From: a virus
Lineage: Duplodnaviria; Caudoviricetes
Length of the DNA stretch: 54,113 bases
IMG/VR virus record: IMGVR_UViG_3300021962_000141
Span: 1 to 54,113 of that record
Reading direction: 5' to 3' (one strand)
This document shows, one piece after another, positions 34,840 through 45,023 of this stretch. Within the stretch, counting starts at the first letter, position 1. Each line of letters starts with the position of its first letter. Both the position numbers and the translations under genes were made by a program. The notes beneath the pieces were generated by a model. It searched no databases. It worked only from the letters and a program-made list of their open reading frames with translations, and was not told the DNA's origin.

Positions 34840-35805
34840 TGTAAAGAATCTAATTCTAACAGCACCCCAGCCGCCACGACCAGCATGGTCACGAACGCCT
34901 GGACATGGGCTAGTTGGATATCCGCCAGTTGCTGGGGGAGCATAGTGCATACATCCCTGCATCTCGTAACATCCGCATTTTCTATCTGATCTCCAGCAAT
35001 AGTTATGTCCGATACCCATTGTAGGTGATCTACGCATCGCAGAGAACGCATTTGTTAACTGCATCAATGGTTGACCTGACCAGTTTGAATGTCTGTTGTC
35101 ATCTTCTGCTCCGAACGCTGCTACGTTGTTTGCTCCGCAGCTATAAAATCCTGCAGGCGATGCTACGTGATATTGGAAACAGCAAGGACATTGTGGCAAG
35201 CAGCCAAAGAATACAGAACAACTAAAGTGACCGCAACAGTTTACATCGCCGCCGTAGCTACAAGCAATCCATATACCGTTGAAATAGTTACAGATGATAC
35301 CGCAGTTGTCGTTAAATGGCCCTGTATAGCAATGACTTTGGTTTACAAAACAACAGAACAATGATGTTCCTGTCGAACACATACCGCGGCCACCTGCTCC
35401 ACCTTGGGCACAGATACAACTGTTTTGTGTATTGTTACAGGCTGTCCAACATACCTGTGTTGGGTCCGAACAGCCTCTAAAACATAATGCTGAACTGTTG
35501 CCACAGCTATTACCAATTGTGCCTCTAACAAAATCGCCTGTGCTAACACAGATAGTTTTCTTCGAATACGCACCGGCGTTTCCTGGAGTACCTCCACCGC
35601 AGCAACACATCTGAGCACCTGACCCACCAGCACCCCAAACTTCTATGACCGCTTTACCGGTCGACGGAGGGTTCCAACAAAATCCGTTACAGAAATTTGT
35701 GTACATGGTACCGGGAGTAAAAACATAGATCCTTCCGGTTTCTAAATTTTCTTCTACTCTACCAGTAGTTCTAGATCTAACTAAGTTTTGAAACGATGTA
35801 GGCAT
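34837..35805 (-). CDS. Cys/Gly-rich protein, paralogue 3, 322 aa (start corrected from 35907)
   Basis: MPTSF start shared with both paralogues; IEVWGAGGSG...CCCGGG...GAYSKK and GG.GAVRIRF Gly-rich-domain frame; about 33 Cys by hand count. Confidence 0.88.
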   Translation of the reverse strand: MPTSFQNLVRSRTTGRVEENLETGRIYVFTPGTMYTNFCNGFCWNPPSTGKAVIEVWGAGGSGAQMCCCGGGTPGNAGAYSKKTICVSTGDFVRGTIGNSCGNSSALCFRGCSDPTQVCWTACNNTQNSCICAQGGAGGRGMCSTGTSLFCCFVNQSHCYTGPFNDNCGIICNYFNGIWIACSYGGDVNCCGHFSCSVFFGCLPQCPCCFQYHVASPAGFYSCGANNVAAFGAEDDNRHSNWSGQPLMQLTNAFSAMRRSPTMGIGHNYCWRSDRKCGCYEMQGCMHYAPPATGGYPTSPCPGVRDHAGRGGWGAVRIRFFT

Positions 35806-36575
35806 TATTTTATCTCTTATAAGTCTCTTACTGTACCATCTTGTACGAATCTGATACGGATAGCACCATGGCCTCCACGATAAGCATGATCTCGAACGTC
35901 GGGACATGGAAATGGTGGCAGGCCTGGAAATCCGGGCGGAACAAATTGAACACAGCCGTTGCCGTCGTAACAGCCGCAGGTTCTGCTACCAGTCCAACAC
36001 GAGTGAGCGGGATTAAGTCCCATGCCAGGTTGTCGACCAGCTACGTTCAGACCATACAGAAATCCGTTTAGAGCCATCCCACTCCAGTTAGAATGTCCGC
36101 TGTCACCTTCGTTGGTATAGGTAATTTCTCCACCGCAGTCGGAATAATATCCTGGAGGAGTTGCCACGTGGAATATTGTTGAACACGGACAACTAGGTGT
36201 ACAGCCAAAAAAGCTAGCACGACTAAATCCGCCTCTTGAATTTACATCGCCGCCAAACGCATCAGCACAACAGGAAGCTGTGGCACTACCATAATTACAG
36301 ATAATACCGCAGTTAGCGTTAAATGGTCCTGTGCCGCAGAAGCCTGCAGCATAAAAACAGCACCACAAGGATGTTCCTGTTGAACAATAAGTTGTTCCTC
36401 CACGGCCGCCTTGGGCACACATACATCCGTTTGTAGTTGTTGATCTCCAACATACACCAGTTGCTTCTGAGCAACCCCTAAAGCATAAATCGTTTGAGTT
36501 ACCGCAACTGAAGCCGACCGATCCTGTGATCAAGCAGCCCGAAGCTACACAGATAGTTTTCTTCGAATACGCACC
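35546..36575. repeat. 29-bp exact repeat between Cys-rich paralogues (35546-35574 and 36547-36575)
   Basis: acacagatagttttcttcgaatacgcacc in both. Confidence 0.85.
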
Positions 36576-36812
36576 AGGGTTTCCTGGGATTCCTCCACCG
36601 CAACAGCACATTTTAGCACCCGAACCACCAGCACCCCAAATTTCGATAGTTGCGATACCGTTACCTGGTGATACCCAGCAAACTTCCCCGCACATTTTAG
36701 TACGGACGTTACCGTGAGTGTAGGCCCAAATACGACCTTGCTCGAGATTTTCTTCTTCGTAGGCAATAAACGGTAATTTTGCTTGGACAAGACCTTTAAA
36801 TGATGTTGGCAT
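35817..36812 (-). CDS. Cys/Gly-rich protein, paralogue 2
   Basis: Same architecture; about 30 Cys in 331 aa by hand count. Confidence 0.88.
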   Translation of the reverse strand: MPTSFKGLVQAKLPFIAYEEENLEQGRIWAYTHGNVRTKMCGEVCWVSPGNGIATIEIWGAGGSGAKMCCCGGGIPGNPGAYSKKTICVASGCLITGSVGFSCGNSNDLCFRGCSEATGVCWRSTTTNGCMCAQGGRGGTTYCSTGTSLWCCFYAAGFCGTGPFNANCGIICNYGSATASCCADAFGGDVNSRGGFSRASFFGCTPSCPCSTIFHVATPPGYYSDCGGEITYTNEGDSGHSNWSGMALNGFLYGLNVAGRQPGMGLNPAHSCWTGSRTCGCYDGNGCVQFVPPGFPGLPPFPCPDVRDHAYRGGHGAIRIRFVQDGTVRDL

Positions 36813-36813
36813 C

Positions 36814-37782
36814 TTATTGTCCTTCTATAAATCTAATACGGATAGCACCGTGTCCGCCACGTCGAGCGTGGTCTCTAACATCGCCACATGGATGAGGTGC
36901 CATTCCTGGATATCCTGGTCCTACATAAGTGTAGCAACCTTCGTTTTCGTAACAGCCGCAGCCGCCTCCAAACCCCCAACAATAGGCCCATGGGATGCCG
37001 TGTGTTGGTTGGCGCGACTGTGCGTTTAGTGCTGATTGATGTTGGTGAGCACCTTGGCCCGACCAGTTTGAAAATTCATTGTTGTTTTCTGTACCAAATA
37101 CCACAACGCCGCCGCATTTAGATACGTACCCTGGAGGTGTTGCCACATGATAGGTATAAGAACAAATACATGGACCTTGGCATCCTAAGAATGCTGTACA
37201 TGAAAATCCGCCGCAGCGATTAACGTCGCCGCCGTAACCGCAGGCGATCCAGATGCCGCCAAAATAATTACAGATTGTTCCGCAGTTGTCGTTGTATGGT
37301 CCACGAGCACAGTAGCCGTTGGCAGCAAAACAACAATATAATGATGATCCTGTAGTACAGAAACTTCTACCACCTGCTCCACCTTGAGCACACATACAGC
37401 CCGAAGCACCGCAGTTTCCTGTCCATGTTACTCCAGTTGGATCTGAGCAGCCTCGGAAACAGATAGCATCTGCGTTACCACAGCTCAGGCCTACTGCTCC
37501 GCAGATATAACAGCCTGATTCGACTTTTATTGCTTTTTTAGAATAAGCACCTGCGTTGCCAGGAAGACCGCCACCGCAGCAGCACATTTTAGCACCGGAT
37601 CCTCCAGCACCCCAAATTTCAATGACTGCTGTACCTCTTGCGGGTGCTTTCCAACAGATCTGATAGTTGGTATAGTTACTGCCCGGAGTAAAGACCCAGA
37701 TGCGACCACGCTCGAGGTGTTCCTCAGTAGCGTAGATCCCGTCTCCTTTGATCGATACTAGATTTCTAAATGATGTCGGCAT
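36814..37782 (-). CDS. Cys/Gly-rich protein, paralogue 1
   Basis: Same architecture; about 30 Cys in 322 aa by hand count; SD AGGA. Confidence 0.88.
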   Translation of the reverse strand: MPTSFRNLVSIKGDGIYATEEHLERGRIWVFTPGSNYTNYQICWKAPARGTAVIEIWGAGGSGAKMCCCGGGLPGNAGAYSKKAIKVESGCYICGAVGLSCGNADAICFRGCSDPTGVTWTGNCGASGCMCAQGGAGGRSFCTTGSSLYCCFAANGYCARGPYNDNCGTICNYFGGIWIACGYGGDVNRCGGFSCTAFLGCQGPCICSYTYHVATPPGYVSKCGGVVVFGTENNNEFSNWSGQGAHQHQSALNAQSRQPTHGIPWAYCWGFGGGCGCYENEGCYTYVGPGYPGMAPHPCGDVRDHARRGGHGAIRIRFIEGQ

Positions 37783-37802
37783 GTTTCTTCCTGTTTAAAT
37801 CA

Positions 37803-38135
37803 TCAAGCAGATGATACTACCCATCCGTAGGTAGAACCTGTGTATACTAAAGTAATGATCGAACCATTAACGTCGATGGTTAAATCGTCGCTGATGTTTT
37901 GAATTTTAGCACCGTTTCTCCCTACCGTGATATTGTTGGTAGCTGCTACACCGCCGATATCGATAATCTGTATCGTATCGTTGAGTAGTAGCGTAGAAAC
38001 GTTTGGTAGTGTGATTGTAAAAGCACCGCCACCGCTGTTAGCTAAAATGCGATCATTGACTGAAGCATTGAAGGCCGCAGAAACTTCACGAATAACGTTA
38101 TTCGCTGTGCCTGTTGTTGTGATATATCGTCCCAT
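37803..38135 (-). CDS. Single-domain protein resembling T4 gp34 N-terminal repeats (fibre adaptor)
   Basis: GAFTITLP...DTIQIID..G...TNNITV.RNG.KI....DDL......LVY.....GW. Confidence 0.7.
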   Translation of the reverse strand: MGRYITTTGTANNVIREVSAAFNASVNDRILANSGGGAFTITLPNVSTLLLNDTIQIIDIGGVAATNNITVGRNGAKIQNISDDLTIDVNGSIITLVYTGSTYGWVVSSA

Positions 38136-38155
38136 GTAAATCCCCTGTCAATGTA

Positions 38156-38161
38156 TATTTA
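38156..38161 (-). promoter_or_regulatory. Possible late promoter overlapping the upstream TAA stop
   Basis: TAAATA 20 nt before ATG 38135; SD AGGGGA. Confidence 0.5.
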
Positions 38162-38479
38162 TGCTGTCGGTGTTTCTATGCCGAACGCTACAGCACTGAC
38201 GTTGGCTGCACTAGAGTAAACTACTAGTAATCTGCCTGCGTCCATAACAATACCTGTGCGTTCTAGAACACCCTTGCCCAATACTTCTGTGTCGTATTCG
38301 ATCCATTCTGCTGCTGTGGGCGTTGCAGCAGCTGATACAGCTACTCTAATAGCAACCGCTTGGTTGCCTCGATTACAGATCGATAAAGTAACCACTGAAA
38401 ATGTGTCAGAGGGCACTGTATAAACTGTTGTATTTGTAGCTGCTGCTAGATCGTTAGCACCTAATCTACCTGTTGCCAT
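38159..38479 (-). CDS. Small beta-rich virion protein
   Basis: TTVYTVP...LSICNR...W.EYD..V....LERTGIV; SD GGAG; similar layout to 50600-50929. Confidence 0.75.
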   Translation of the reverse strand: MATGRLGANDLAAATNTTVYTVPSDTFSVVTLSICNRGNQAVAIRVAVSAAATPTAAEWIEYDTEVLGKGVLERTGIVMDAGRLLVVYSSAANVSAVAFGIETPTA

Positions 38480-38491
38480 TTAGTATCTCCA

Positions 38492-41400
38492 TTAACTATG
38501 TAAAAATAAGTTCATAGCTACTGGGACTCCATTAATACCGCCAATGAAATTCATCGGAGCTGTAACGTTGATACGGCCCCCTGTGGTAGTAGTAATGTAG
38601 TCGCTAGCTACAAATATCTGTCCTGCTGTGAGAGTATTTACGTTCAAGGTACTTGAACCAGAGCCAATTTGTGAAGCAATATAGGCTTTGATAGCTCTCT
38701 GAGTAGGAATAACTGAATCTGAATCCTGTGTAAAGAACGGATCTGTACTGAATTCAGTAACTGTAGCACCCCCTGTGCCCAATTCAACAGAGCCCAAGCT
38801 GAGCTCTTGTAGACCTGCGATATTAAACGCATCTGCGTTTAGTGTAGCAGTACCTGTACTCTGTTCAACTGTAAACAGACCGCCGACTCGGAAGTTACCG
38901 TCTTGGTCAGTTGAAGTATAGAATACTCGTCCACCGTTGCTTTCAACGGTTTCATTTGCCGGGATAGGATCAATCAACGGTAAATTTGGATAGTTAGTGC
39001 TGGTAAAATTACCTGTACCTATATCCAAGAAGTCGTGTCCTGTCAGTCGAACCTGTGAATATCTGATCCTAATTTCGAAAGGATCCTCATGCGGAACTGC
39101 TTCTGGGATCTCAATTGGAGGACTTACCTGTAATCTAGCTGTATAAGGTCCTGCTCCTAGTAGTTGTGTAACAGTAACTAATTTATAAAATTGTCCAGGC
39201 AAACTAGTAAATTCTACGTTTGATCCTGGTACCGGTATAGAATATAATCCCTTAACGTCAACATAGCTGCCATTTTGGAATAGATCGGCGTAGCCGTCTC
39301 CGACAACAGAACCTGTAGCCACTTCCCAATCAGCACCTCTGGTGATAAATGTTGGGTTAGCCAGTACACCGTTGCCTACACGCACAGTATGTGGTGCTTC
39401 GTAGGTATTGTTTGGATCTGTGACTGTCACTGCCGGTGGTGTAACAGAGCTATATCCGCTGCCTGGCTCAACAACTCTAAACTCTACGATCTTAGTGTCA
39501 GCGATTCTAGCACGTACATACGCACGAGTTCCTGTGACCAACGCTGAAGGTGCTGCCGAAGTGTTTGTAATTACCCAAAGTGGGGACCTATTAGGATTAC
39601 CAAATATTGGTCTTCCTGTGGTAGTAAACGCTGCAGTTCCCTGTGTCCAAGTTATACCGTCTTGTGATTTATAATGTGCTGCTGAAGAACCATTACTAGT
39701 AGCTACGAAAGTACCTTGTCCGTAGCCAACTTCGTCAGCGGTAGAAACGGTCGCCGCTATAGTCCATGTAGTTCCATTATTGCTTATTGCCACAGCTCCG
39801 CCTGTTGACAATGCTACAAAAATGTTATTTCCGAATGCAACGCTGTTCCAATTAGCAACTGCCGGAATTGTTGATGCTGTCCAAGTTATTCCGTCTAAGC
39901 TATATGCCGCAGTCACAGAACCGGGAGCAGTATCTGTAGAAACAGCCATGAACCGACCTTTACCATAGGTAATGCTAGGCCAGTTTGTTTTAGTTGGAAG
40001 AGGATTAGCACCGTTCGCCCAGGTTGTTCCATTTGTTGATACGATAGGTGTTGCTGAGTCTGATCTAACTGCGACAAATCTGCCGCCACCAAATGCTATA
40101 GATGTCACAGCACTGGTCTGAGGTAAGTTTGAAGCAGTCCAAGTTACACCGCCATCTATACTGTAGGCAGCGGTAGTTGTTCCTGTTGAACCTAATGCTA
40201 CCACATAAGATACATTGCTGATATCTCCAGCTGCTATCGCTGTCCATACTGCGGTTGTTGGCAATGTTGAAGTAGACCATGTAAGACCGTCAGTTGAATA
40301 ATAAGCAGTATTGCTCGAAGCTGCTGGCAATAATACAAAGTTACCACCGCGTCCTTTTCCTTCATAAGAGAAAGTTAATATTTCTCCCACGACTAGTCCT
40401 GGAGTCGAGTCAACTGTTTCTATTCGAATTCTCAAATCATTGCTCGGAGTAGCACCACCTAGTGATGTACCGAGAATCGTTAATAGATCATTGTTGGCAT
40501 AATCCTGTCCTGCTTGATTTAGGGTAACTGTATAAGTCTGCCCATTTCTAGTGATATTAAATGTAGCTCCGGTACCAGCACCGCCGGACGCAGAAATGTT
40601 AGTAAATGTCTCTCTAACATTAGCATATACAGCATCAGATGTTCCACCCGATGGTCCGCCAGTGACTGCTGGAGAACTTTCAGTAGGTGCTGCTACAGTA
40701 ACTCTAGGTTCGATGATATACAATGATGATGGATCAGGTGCTACTATAGTAGTTCCAGGAATAACATGTTCCCAACCTGCGGTACCTGTTGATTCTTTAT
40801 AAACACCTGCTAGTTTAGAACCAGCATTATAGGTATTGATATAACCATATTGACCTACGCCAGTACCAGACTGTATGTAAATCCTCATGCCGATATAAGC
40901 AGAACTAGTTTGATCGTCTGTGGCTGCTAGCGTGATTGATGATGTTGTACCACTTTGAGCTACGTTTTCTGAACTTAGATAATCTAGTCCACCAAATTGT
41001 CCAGAGCTGTCGTCGTTGTCTAATAATCTTACTTCAAATACGCCGCCGTCTCGGACTTCGTCGCCCACTGTGGTAAATGAAGTTCCTGGTCCGTTGAATG
41101 TAAATGCACCTCCGGTATAGTCTATACCAGCGTTTTCAAATTCCACTCGTTGTACTTCTTGTCCGCTGGTCAGTACTTTAGTAATTAACGCTTCTTCATA
41201 ACGGTTGTTAACTATACCGGTGATTGCTGTTTCAGTAGCATCCACACCTTCAGCTACACAACCGAAGGTACCGTACGATGAGTTACCATTAGTAGCACGT
41301 ATCTTACCACCATCTTCGGCTAGATAACCAATATGACCGTAATATGAGAACACAGAAACAAGTTCTGTCCTTCCTAGGTTTGTACACCATACGCCAATAC

Positions 41401-44400
41401 CGTCGCTGAGAACCTGTGTGAAGTCGTTGGCGACAATGGATTTATTACCACCATTATGTAAATCACCGTCGATCTTAGCACCAACACAGGCTGTTCCAAA
41501 TGTGGTTACATTCTGTACGTAACAAGATCTAGTAGTAATCCATACACGTTCATCATTTGGACCCCAACCTGGATCTAATGAAACATAAGCACCCGCTGTT
41601 GGTCTATAAGTTCCATATGCGTTTGGTCCTGTTAGAGTTCCTGTTAGTCCTTGTACAGTCATGTTTCTAACACCTGTGCTGTTTCTAACTAAGAACATGT
41701 TTTCTGTTACAGATCCTGTAACACCATTCACATACCATTCTGCTGCTGTTAATGATCTATAATTGCCTGTGTAGGCTAGATCGTGTTTGATAGCATCAAT
41801 ATATTCGTTAACATCTCTAGCACAAGCAGCTAATGTGTAGGTGTATGCGGGATATGTTAAGGCGATATACGCATGAACTTCTGCTACTATAAATTCTCTG
41901 TTGAGTTCTAGTTGTCTAATCGCAGAATAAACATCGTAGGCAGTAGCCGCTGCGTTTACACCTGCGATAGATGGGGCAGATCCTGCTGCGTTGATATAAT
42001 AATTGATGTGATCATAGATATCTTGTACTAGATCTTCGGCAAGTGTGCCTTGTGTGGCAGTAGCAAATGGTTTAGTCTGACTTTGAGTTTCTGCGTTACC
42101 TGTTGTTTTAGTAACCAAGTTTCCTTCTACGATATCGGAAATTATAGCTTTGATCCTTGTAAGAGCACCCAGGCTCTTAGGTACATCAGTGGCGTCGATC
42201 TGGCTGGCAGCTGGTCTGATGTTAGTTGAGCGTAGTTCGTCTCCTACTACAGCCGTGTCAACAGGTACGATAATAGGTAATGTTTCATAGAACACACCAG
42301 TCTTAACCAATATAGTTCTTTGTGGTTTTACTTCAGCGCCAACATTTCCTATAGTTCCGCCTGAAATAGCAGTAGTGATCAACGATTTTAAATTCGTTAT
42401 TTCAGTAAATGCTGAATCTTCGGCAGTGTATGTTGAATCTATGATCTGTAATATTCTGTCATTTACAGGCACACTGTTAGTAACTTGATAGTTTGTACCG
42501 GGAGCAGCGTTTAATAACACACAGGTATTGACCAGTGTGTCAACAGCATAATTGATAGCTGCCACTGTTTCTTCTTTTTGTCCTAGACCATAAAATGTTG
42601 AAGCATTGGTTACATATTCAACTGCGGCTTTTCTAGATCTCACGTTTCCGCCATGTCGGATATCCCAAAGGATCGCGTCAATGATCAATCCAACATCGCG
42701 TTCGCATTTAGTTGTATCGTATGAAAAACTAGAAACAAACGGGCTGATGTTATTTGTAATCTGATAATCAATCCACTCAACAGTTTCTCTCTGTACAAAC
42801 TGACGATTGATTTCTAGTAGGAATGCTGACTCTGGATTTCTAGCACCTTTTTCAATCTGATCAGCTGCGTAGCGTACAGTTCTCCATGGTTTGTCTAAGG
42901 TCACACCGTAGTCGGGAGCAGCTTCGTCTGTGCCATCTAGGCTGACATAATAGAGTTGATCAACTTCGCCCCAATATCTCCACTCTGGAGCTGCTGCACT
43001 ATTAACAACTAGCACCTGTCCGTCTGAACCAATAGGTAATCTTGTAGGACCAGCACCACCATAATAGACAATATCACCTTGGGTAGTCAATACACTAGAT
43101 TCTTGACCGTTGGCTAATAGGTTCCAATAGGTTCCTGAAATATCAACGTCTGGTCTATTTGTTGCTGTTGCTGATGTGTGTGCTAGTACGCAGATATAAC
43201 TGTTAGGACCGTATCTTACAGCATCGCCTAACACATATCCGTAACCATTGGCCCACGGACCTAACCAACGAATACCAGGATTTAACTGTTCCCAGTAGGT
43301 AAGATTTGGCGGTTTCTGATTAGTGTTATCGAGCATGGCCACATAGGTATACCCGCTTAATCTAATTACATCGCCGACTTTATAAGCAGTTCCGCTGTTC
43401 CAATCTTGTTGGAATTTAAATGAAGTGGAAAATAAATCCCAGTTCTGAGCTCCGGTTACTGCCTGTGTGGGTTTTATATTGCTGTGGTTGGTGATTGATA
43501 CATAAGCATAACCACCATAGGTAATTATATCACCTGGTTGATAGATCGTCGATGAATTCCAGCTGTCTTCGAACTGTAATCCTTCTAAGAATTGTGCCCA
43601 ATAACCAGAATCTTCATCCTGTTCAAAGGTCCTTGATAGATCTGAAGTGTGTTTTTGTAAACAGATGTAGATTCCATTACCTGTTTTAACTAGATCGTTT
43701 ACTTTATAATTCTGAGCATCAGCATCCCAAGCACCAAGATATTCGACGCCTTGGTTAAAATAATCCCATTTGCTTTGATCTGCTTCGAGGCCTAGAGTAA
43801 ATGATGCTGCTGCTGGGTGTCCTTCATTACAAACATAAGTAGTTCCACCGAAGGAAACTACATCGTTGATTTTATATCGTGTTGAAGGTGTCCAGGGACC
43901 CTTCCAATCAAATGCTTCTGAAAACTGATCCCATTTATCGATATCAGCTTTTTGTCCTGAAACTAGTCTGTCTAGTCCTTCTAGACCCATCGCTGCCGTC
44001 GGAGCAGATGTATGACCTAGGTTACAGAGATAAGTGTTGCCACCGTATTTGACTATATCATTTAGTTTGTATCTAGTATCTGCTGTCCAGTCACCTTTCC
44101 AATCGAACCCTTCGGCAAACTGGTCCCATTTGGTCTGTGTACTATCACCAAGGTCTAGATCTACTTCAAGTCCGTCGCTGGCAGTGGCTGCTGATGTGTG
44201 TCCTACTAAACAGATGTATAGTTGTCCACCATATTTGACTATATCGTTGACAAAGTATTCTGTGTCTAGAGTCCAGTCGCCTCTCCATGCGGTTCCGTCG
44301 CTGGCTTGATTCCAACGTGCTGGAACATTATTCGCATCTACATAAAAATTCGAATCAGCTGTATGACCGATAACGCAGATGTAAACCTTACCGTTTACCC

Positions 44401-44488
44401 GTACTACGTCATCTTTGAGGTAGGTCGTCCCAGAGACCCACTCACCTTTCCATATAAATCTAATTCTACCTAATTTAAACTCTGCCAT
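38492..44488 (-). CDS. Giant virion protein A (1998 aa): CBM5/12-like repeats, beta-helix-like region, Asp-box propeller
   Basis: W....Y...D.V.YGG..Y.C...HTS repeats, YYVS..G.D, S.DG.TW Asp-boxes, FSTD...VIPTQRAIKAYI; SD GGAG. Confidence 0.88.
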   Translation of the reverse strand: MAEFKLGRIRFIWKGEWVSGTTYLKDDVVRVNGKVYICVIGHTADSNFYVDANNVPARWNQASDGTAWRGDWTLDTEYFVNDIVKYGGQLYICLVGHTSAATASDGLEVDLDLGDSTQTKWDQFAEGFDWKGDWTADTRYKLNDIVKYGGNTYLCNLGHTSAPTAAMGLEGLDRLVSGQKADIDKWDQFSEAFDWKGPWTPSTRYKINDVVSFGGTTYVCNEGHPAAASFTLGLEADQSKWDYFNQGVEYLGAWDADAQNYKVNDLVKTGNGIYICLQKHTSDLSRTFEQDEDSGYWAQFLEGLQFEDSWNSSTIYQPGDIITYGGYAYVSITNHSNIKPTQAVTGAQNWDLFSTSFKFQQDWNSGTAYKVGDVIRLSGYTYVAMLDNTNQKPPNLTYWEQLNPGIRWLGPWANGYGYVLGDAVRYGPNSYICVLAHTSATATNRPDVDISGTYWNLLANGQESSVLTTQGDIVYYGGAGPTRLPIGSDGQVLVVNSAAAPEWRYWGEVDQLYYVSLDGTDEAAPDYGVTLDKPWRTVRYAADQIEKGARNPESAFLLEINRQFVQRETVEWIDYQITNNISPFVSSFSYDTTKCERDVGLIIDAILWDIRHGGNVRSRKAAVEYVTNASTFYGLGQKEETVAAINYAVDTLVNTCVLLNAAPGTNYQVTNSVPVNDRILQIIDSTYTAEDSAFTEITNLKSLITTAISGGTIGNVGAEVKPQRTILVKTGVFYETLPIIVPVDTAVVGDELRSTNIRPAASQIDATDVPKSLGALTRIKAIISDIVEGNLVTKTTGNAETQSQTKPFATATQGTLAEDLVQDIYDHINYYINAAGSAPSIAGVNAAATAYDVYSAIRQLELNREFIVAEVHAYIALTYPAYTYTLAACARDVNEYIDAIKHDLAYTGNYRSLTAAEWYVNGVTGSVTENMFLVRNSTGVRNMTVQGLTGTLTGPNAYGTYRPTAGAYVSLDPGWGPNDERVWITTRSCYVQNVTTFGTACVGAKIDGDLHNGGNKSIVANDFTQVLSDGIGVWCTNLGRTELVSVFSYYGHIGYLAEDGGKIRATNGNSSYGTFGCVAEGVDATETAITGIVNNRYEEALITKVLTSGQEVQRVEFENAGIDYTGGAFTFNGPGTSFTTVGDEVRDGGVFEVRLLDNDDSSGQFGGLDYLSSENVAQSGTTSSITLAATDDQTSSAYIGMRIYIQSGTGVGQYGYINTYNAGSKLAGVYKESTGTAGWEHVIPGTTIVAPDPSSLYIIEPRVTVAAPTESSPAVTGGPSGGTSDAVYANVRETFTNISASGGAGTGATFNITRNGQTYTVTLNQAGQDYANNDLLTILGTSLGGATPSNDLRIRIETVDSTPGLVVGEILTFSYEGKGRGGNFVLLPAASSNTAYYSTDGLTWSTSTLPTTAVWTAIAAGDISNVSYVVALGSTGTTTAAYSIDGGVTWTASNLPQTSAVTSIAFGGGRFVAVRSDSATPIVSTNGTTWANGANPLPTKTNWPSITYGKGRFMAVSTDTAPGSVTAAYSLDGITWTASTIPAVANWNSVAFGNNIFVALSTGGAVAISNNGTTWTIAATVSTADEVGYGQGTFVATSNGSSAAHYKSQDGITWTQGTAAFTTTGRPIFGNPNRSPLWVITNTSAAPSALVTGTRAYVRARIADTKIVEFRVVEPGSGYSSVTPPAVTVTDPNNTYEAPHTVRVGNGVLANPTFITRGADWEVATGSVVGDGYADLFQNGSYVDVKGLYSIPVPGSNVEFTSLPGQFYKLVTVTQLLGAGPYTARLQVSPPIEIPEAVPHEDPFEIRIRYSQVRLTGHDFLDIGTGNFTSTNYPNLPLIDPIPANETVESNGGRVFYTSTDQDGNFRVGGLFTVEQSTGTATLNADAFNIAGLQELSLGSVELGTGGATVTEFSTDPFFTQDSDSVIPTQRAIKAYIASQIGSGSSTLNVNTLTAGQIFVASDYITTTTGGRINVTAPMNFIGGINGVPVAMNLFLHS

Positions 44489-45023
44489 CGATTACTCCGA
44501 TCTTCGATACCATATTTATCTAATATGTTTTTAACCCAAATCCCTACCTACTTCTTGCCCATCAAGATTGCTGTTAAATGAGTCTGAAAACATACTCATA
44601 GCCAGCATCATGCCCGATATACCCTTTTTTATGTTCATATTTCTTGGTAGATTCACATAAGTACCGGTGGTGCTACCGATATTATTTGGACCACCTATTC
44701 TAACAGTACCTGCAATCAGCGTACCAGTAGCTGCTTCTGAACCACCACCAGAAATCCTTCGCTCAATATAGGCTTTAATTGCTCGTTCTGTAGGAACAAT
44801 GTTATTAGAGTCAGCAGCAAATGTAACATCTGTTGAAAACTCACGTATAACTACACCTGTGCCGCCTACACGGATTCCACCTAATCTCAATTCTGATAAG
44901 CCACCAAGATCAAAATAATCAGCACTGATCGTAACTACACCAGTGGCCTGTTCGACTGCAAACAGCTCTCCGACTCGGAAGTTACCGTCTTGGTCAGTTG
45001 AAGTATAGAATACTCGTCCACCG
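38883..45023. repeat. 54-bp exact repeat between the two giant paralogues (38883-38936 and 44970-45023)
   Basis: ccgactcggaagttaccgtcttggtcagttgaagtatagaatactcgtccaccg in both. Confidence 0.9.

Noticed and set aside
34837-37782. Cys-rich genes as RiPP precursors or eukaryotic contamination
   Set aside because: Over 300 aa, no leader/core layout or signal peptide, phage-like Gly-rich frame, and tight operon packing with phage genes.
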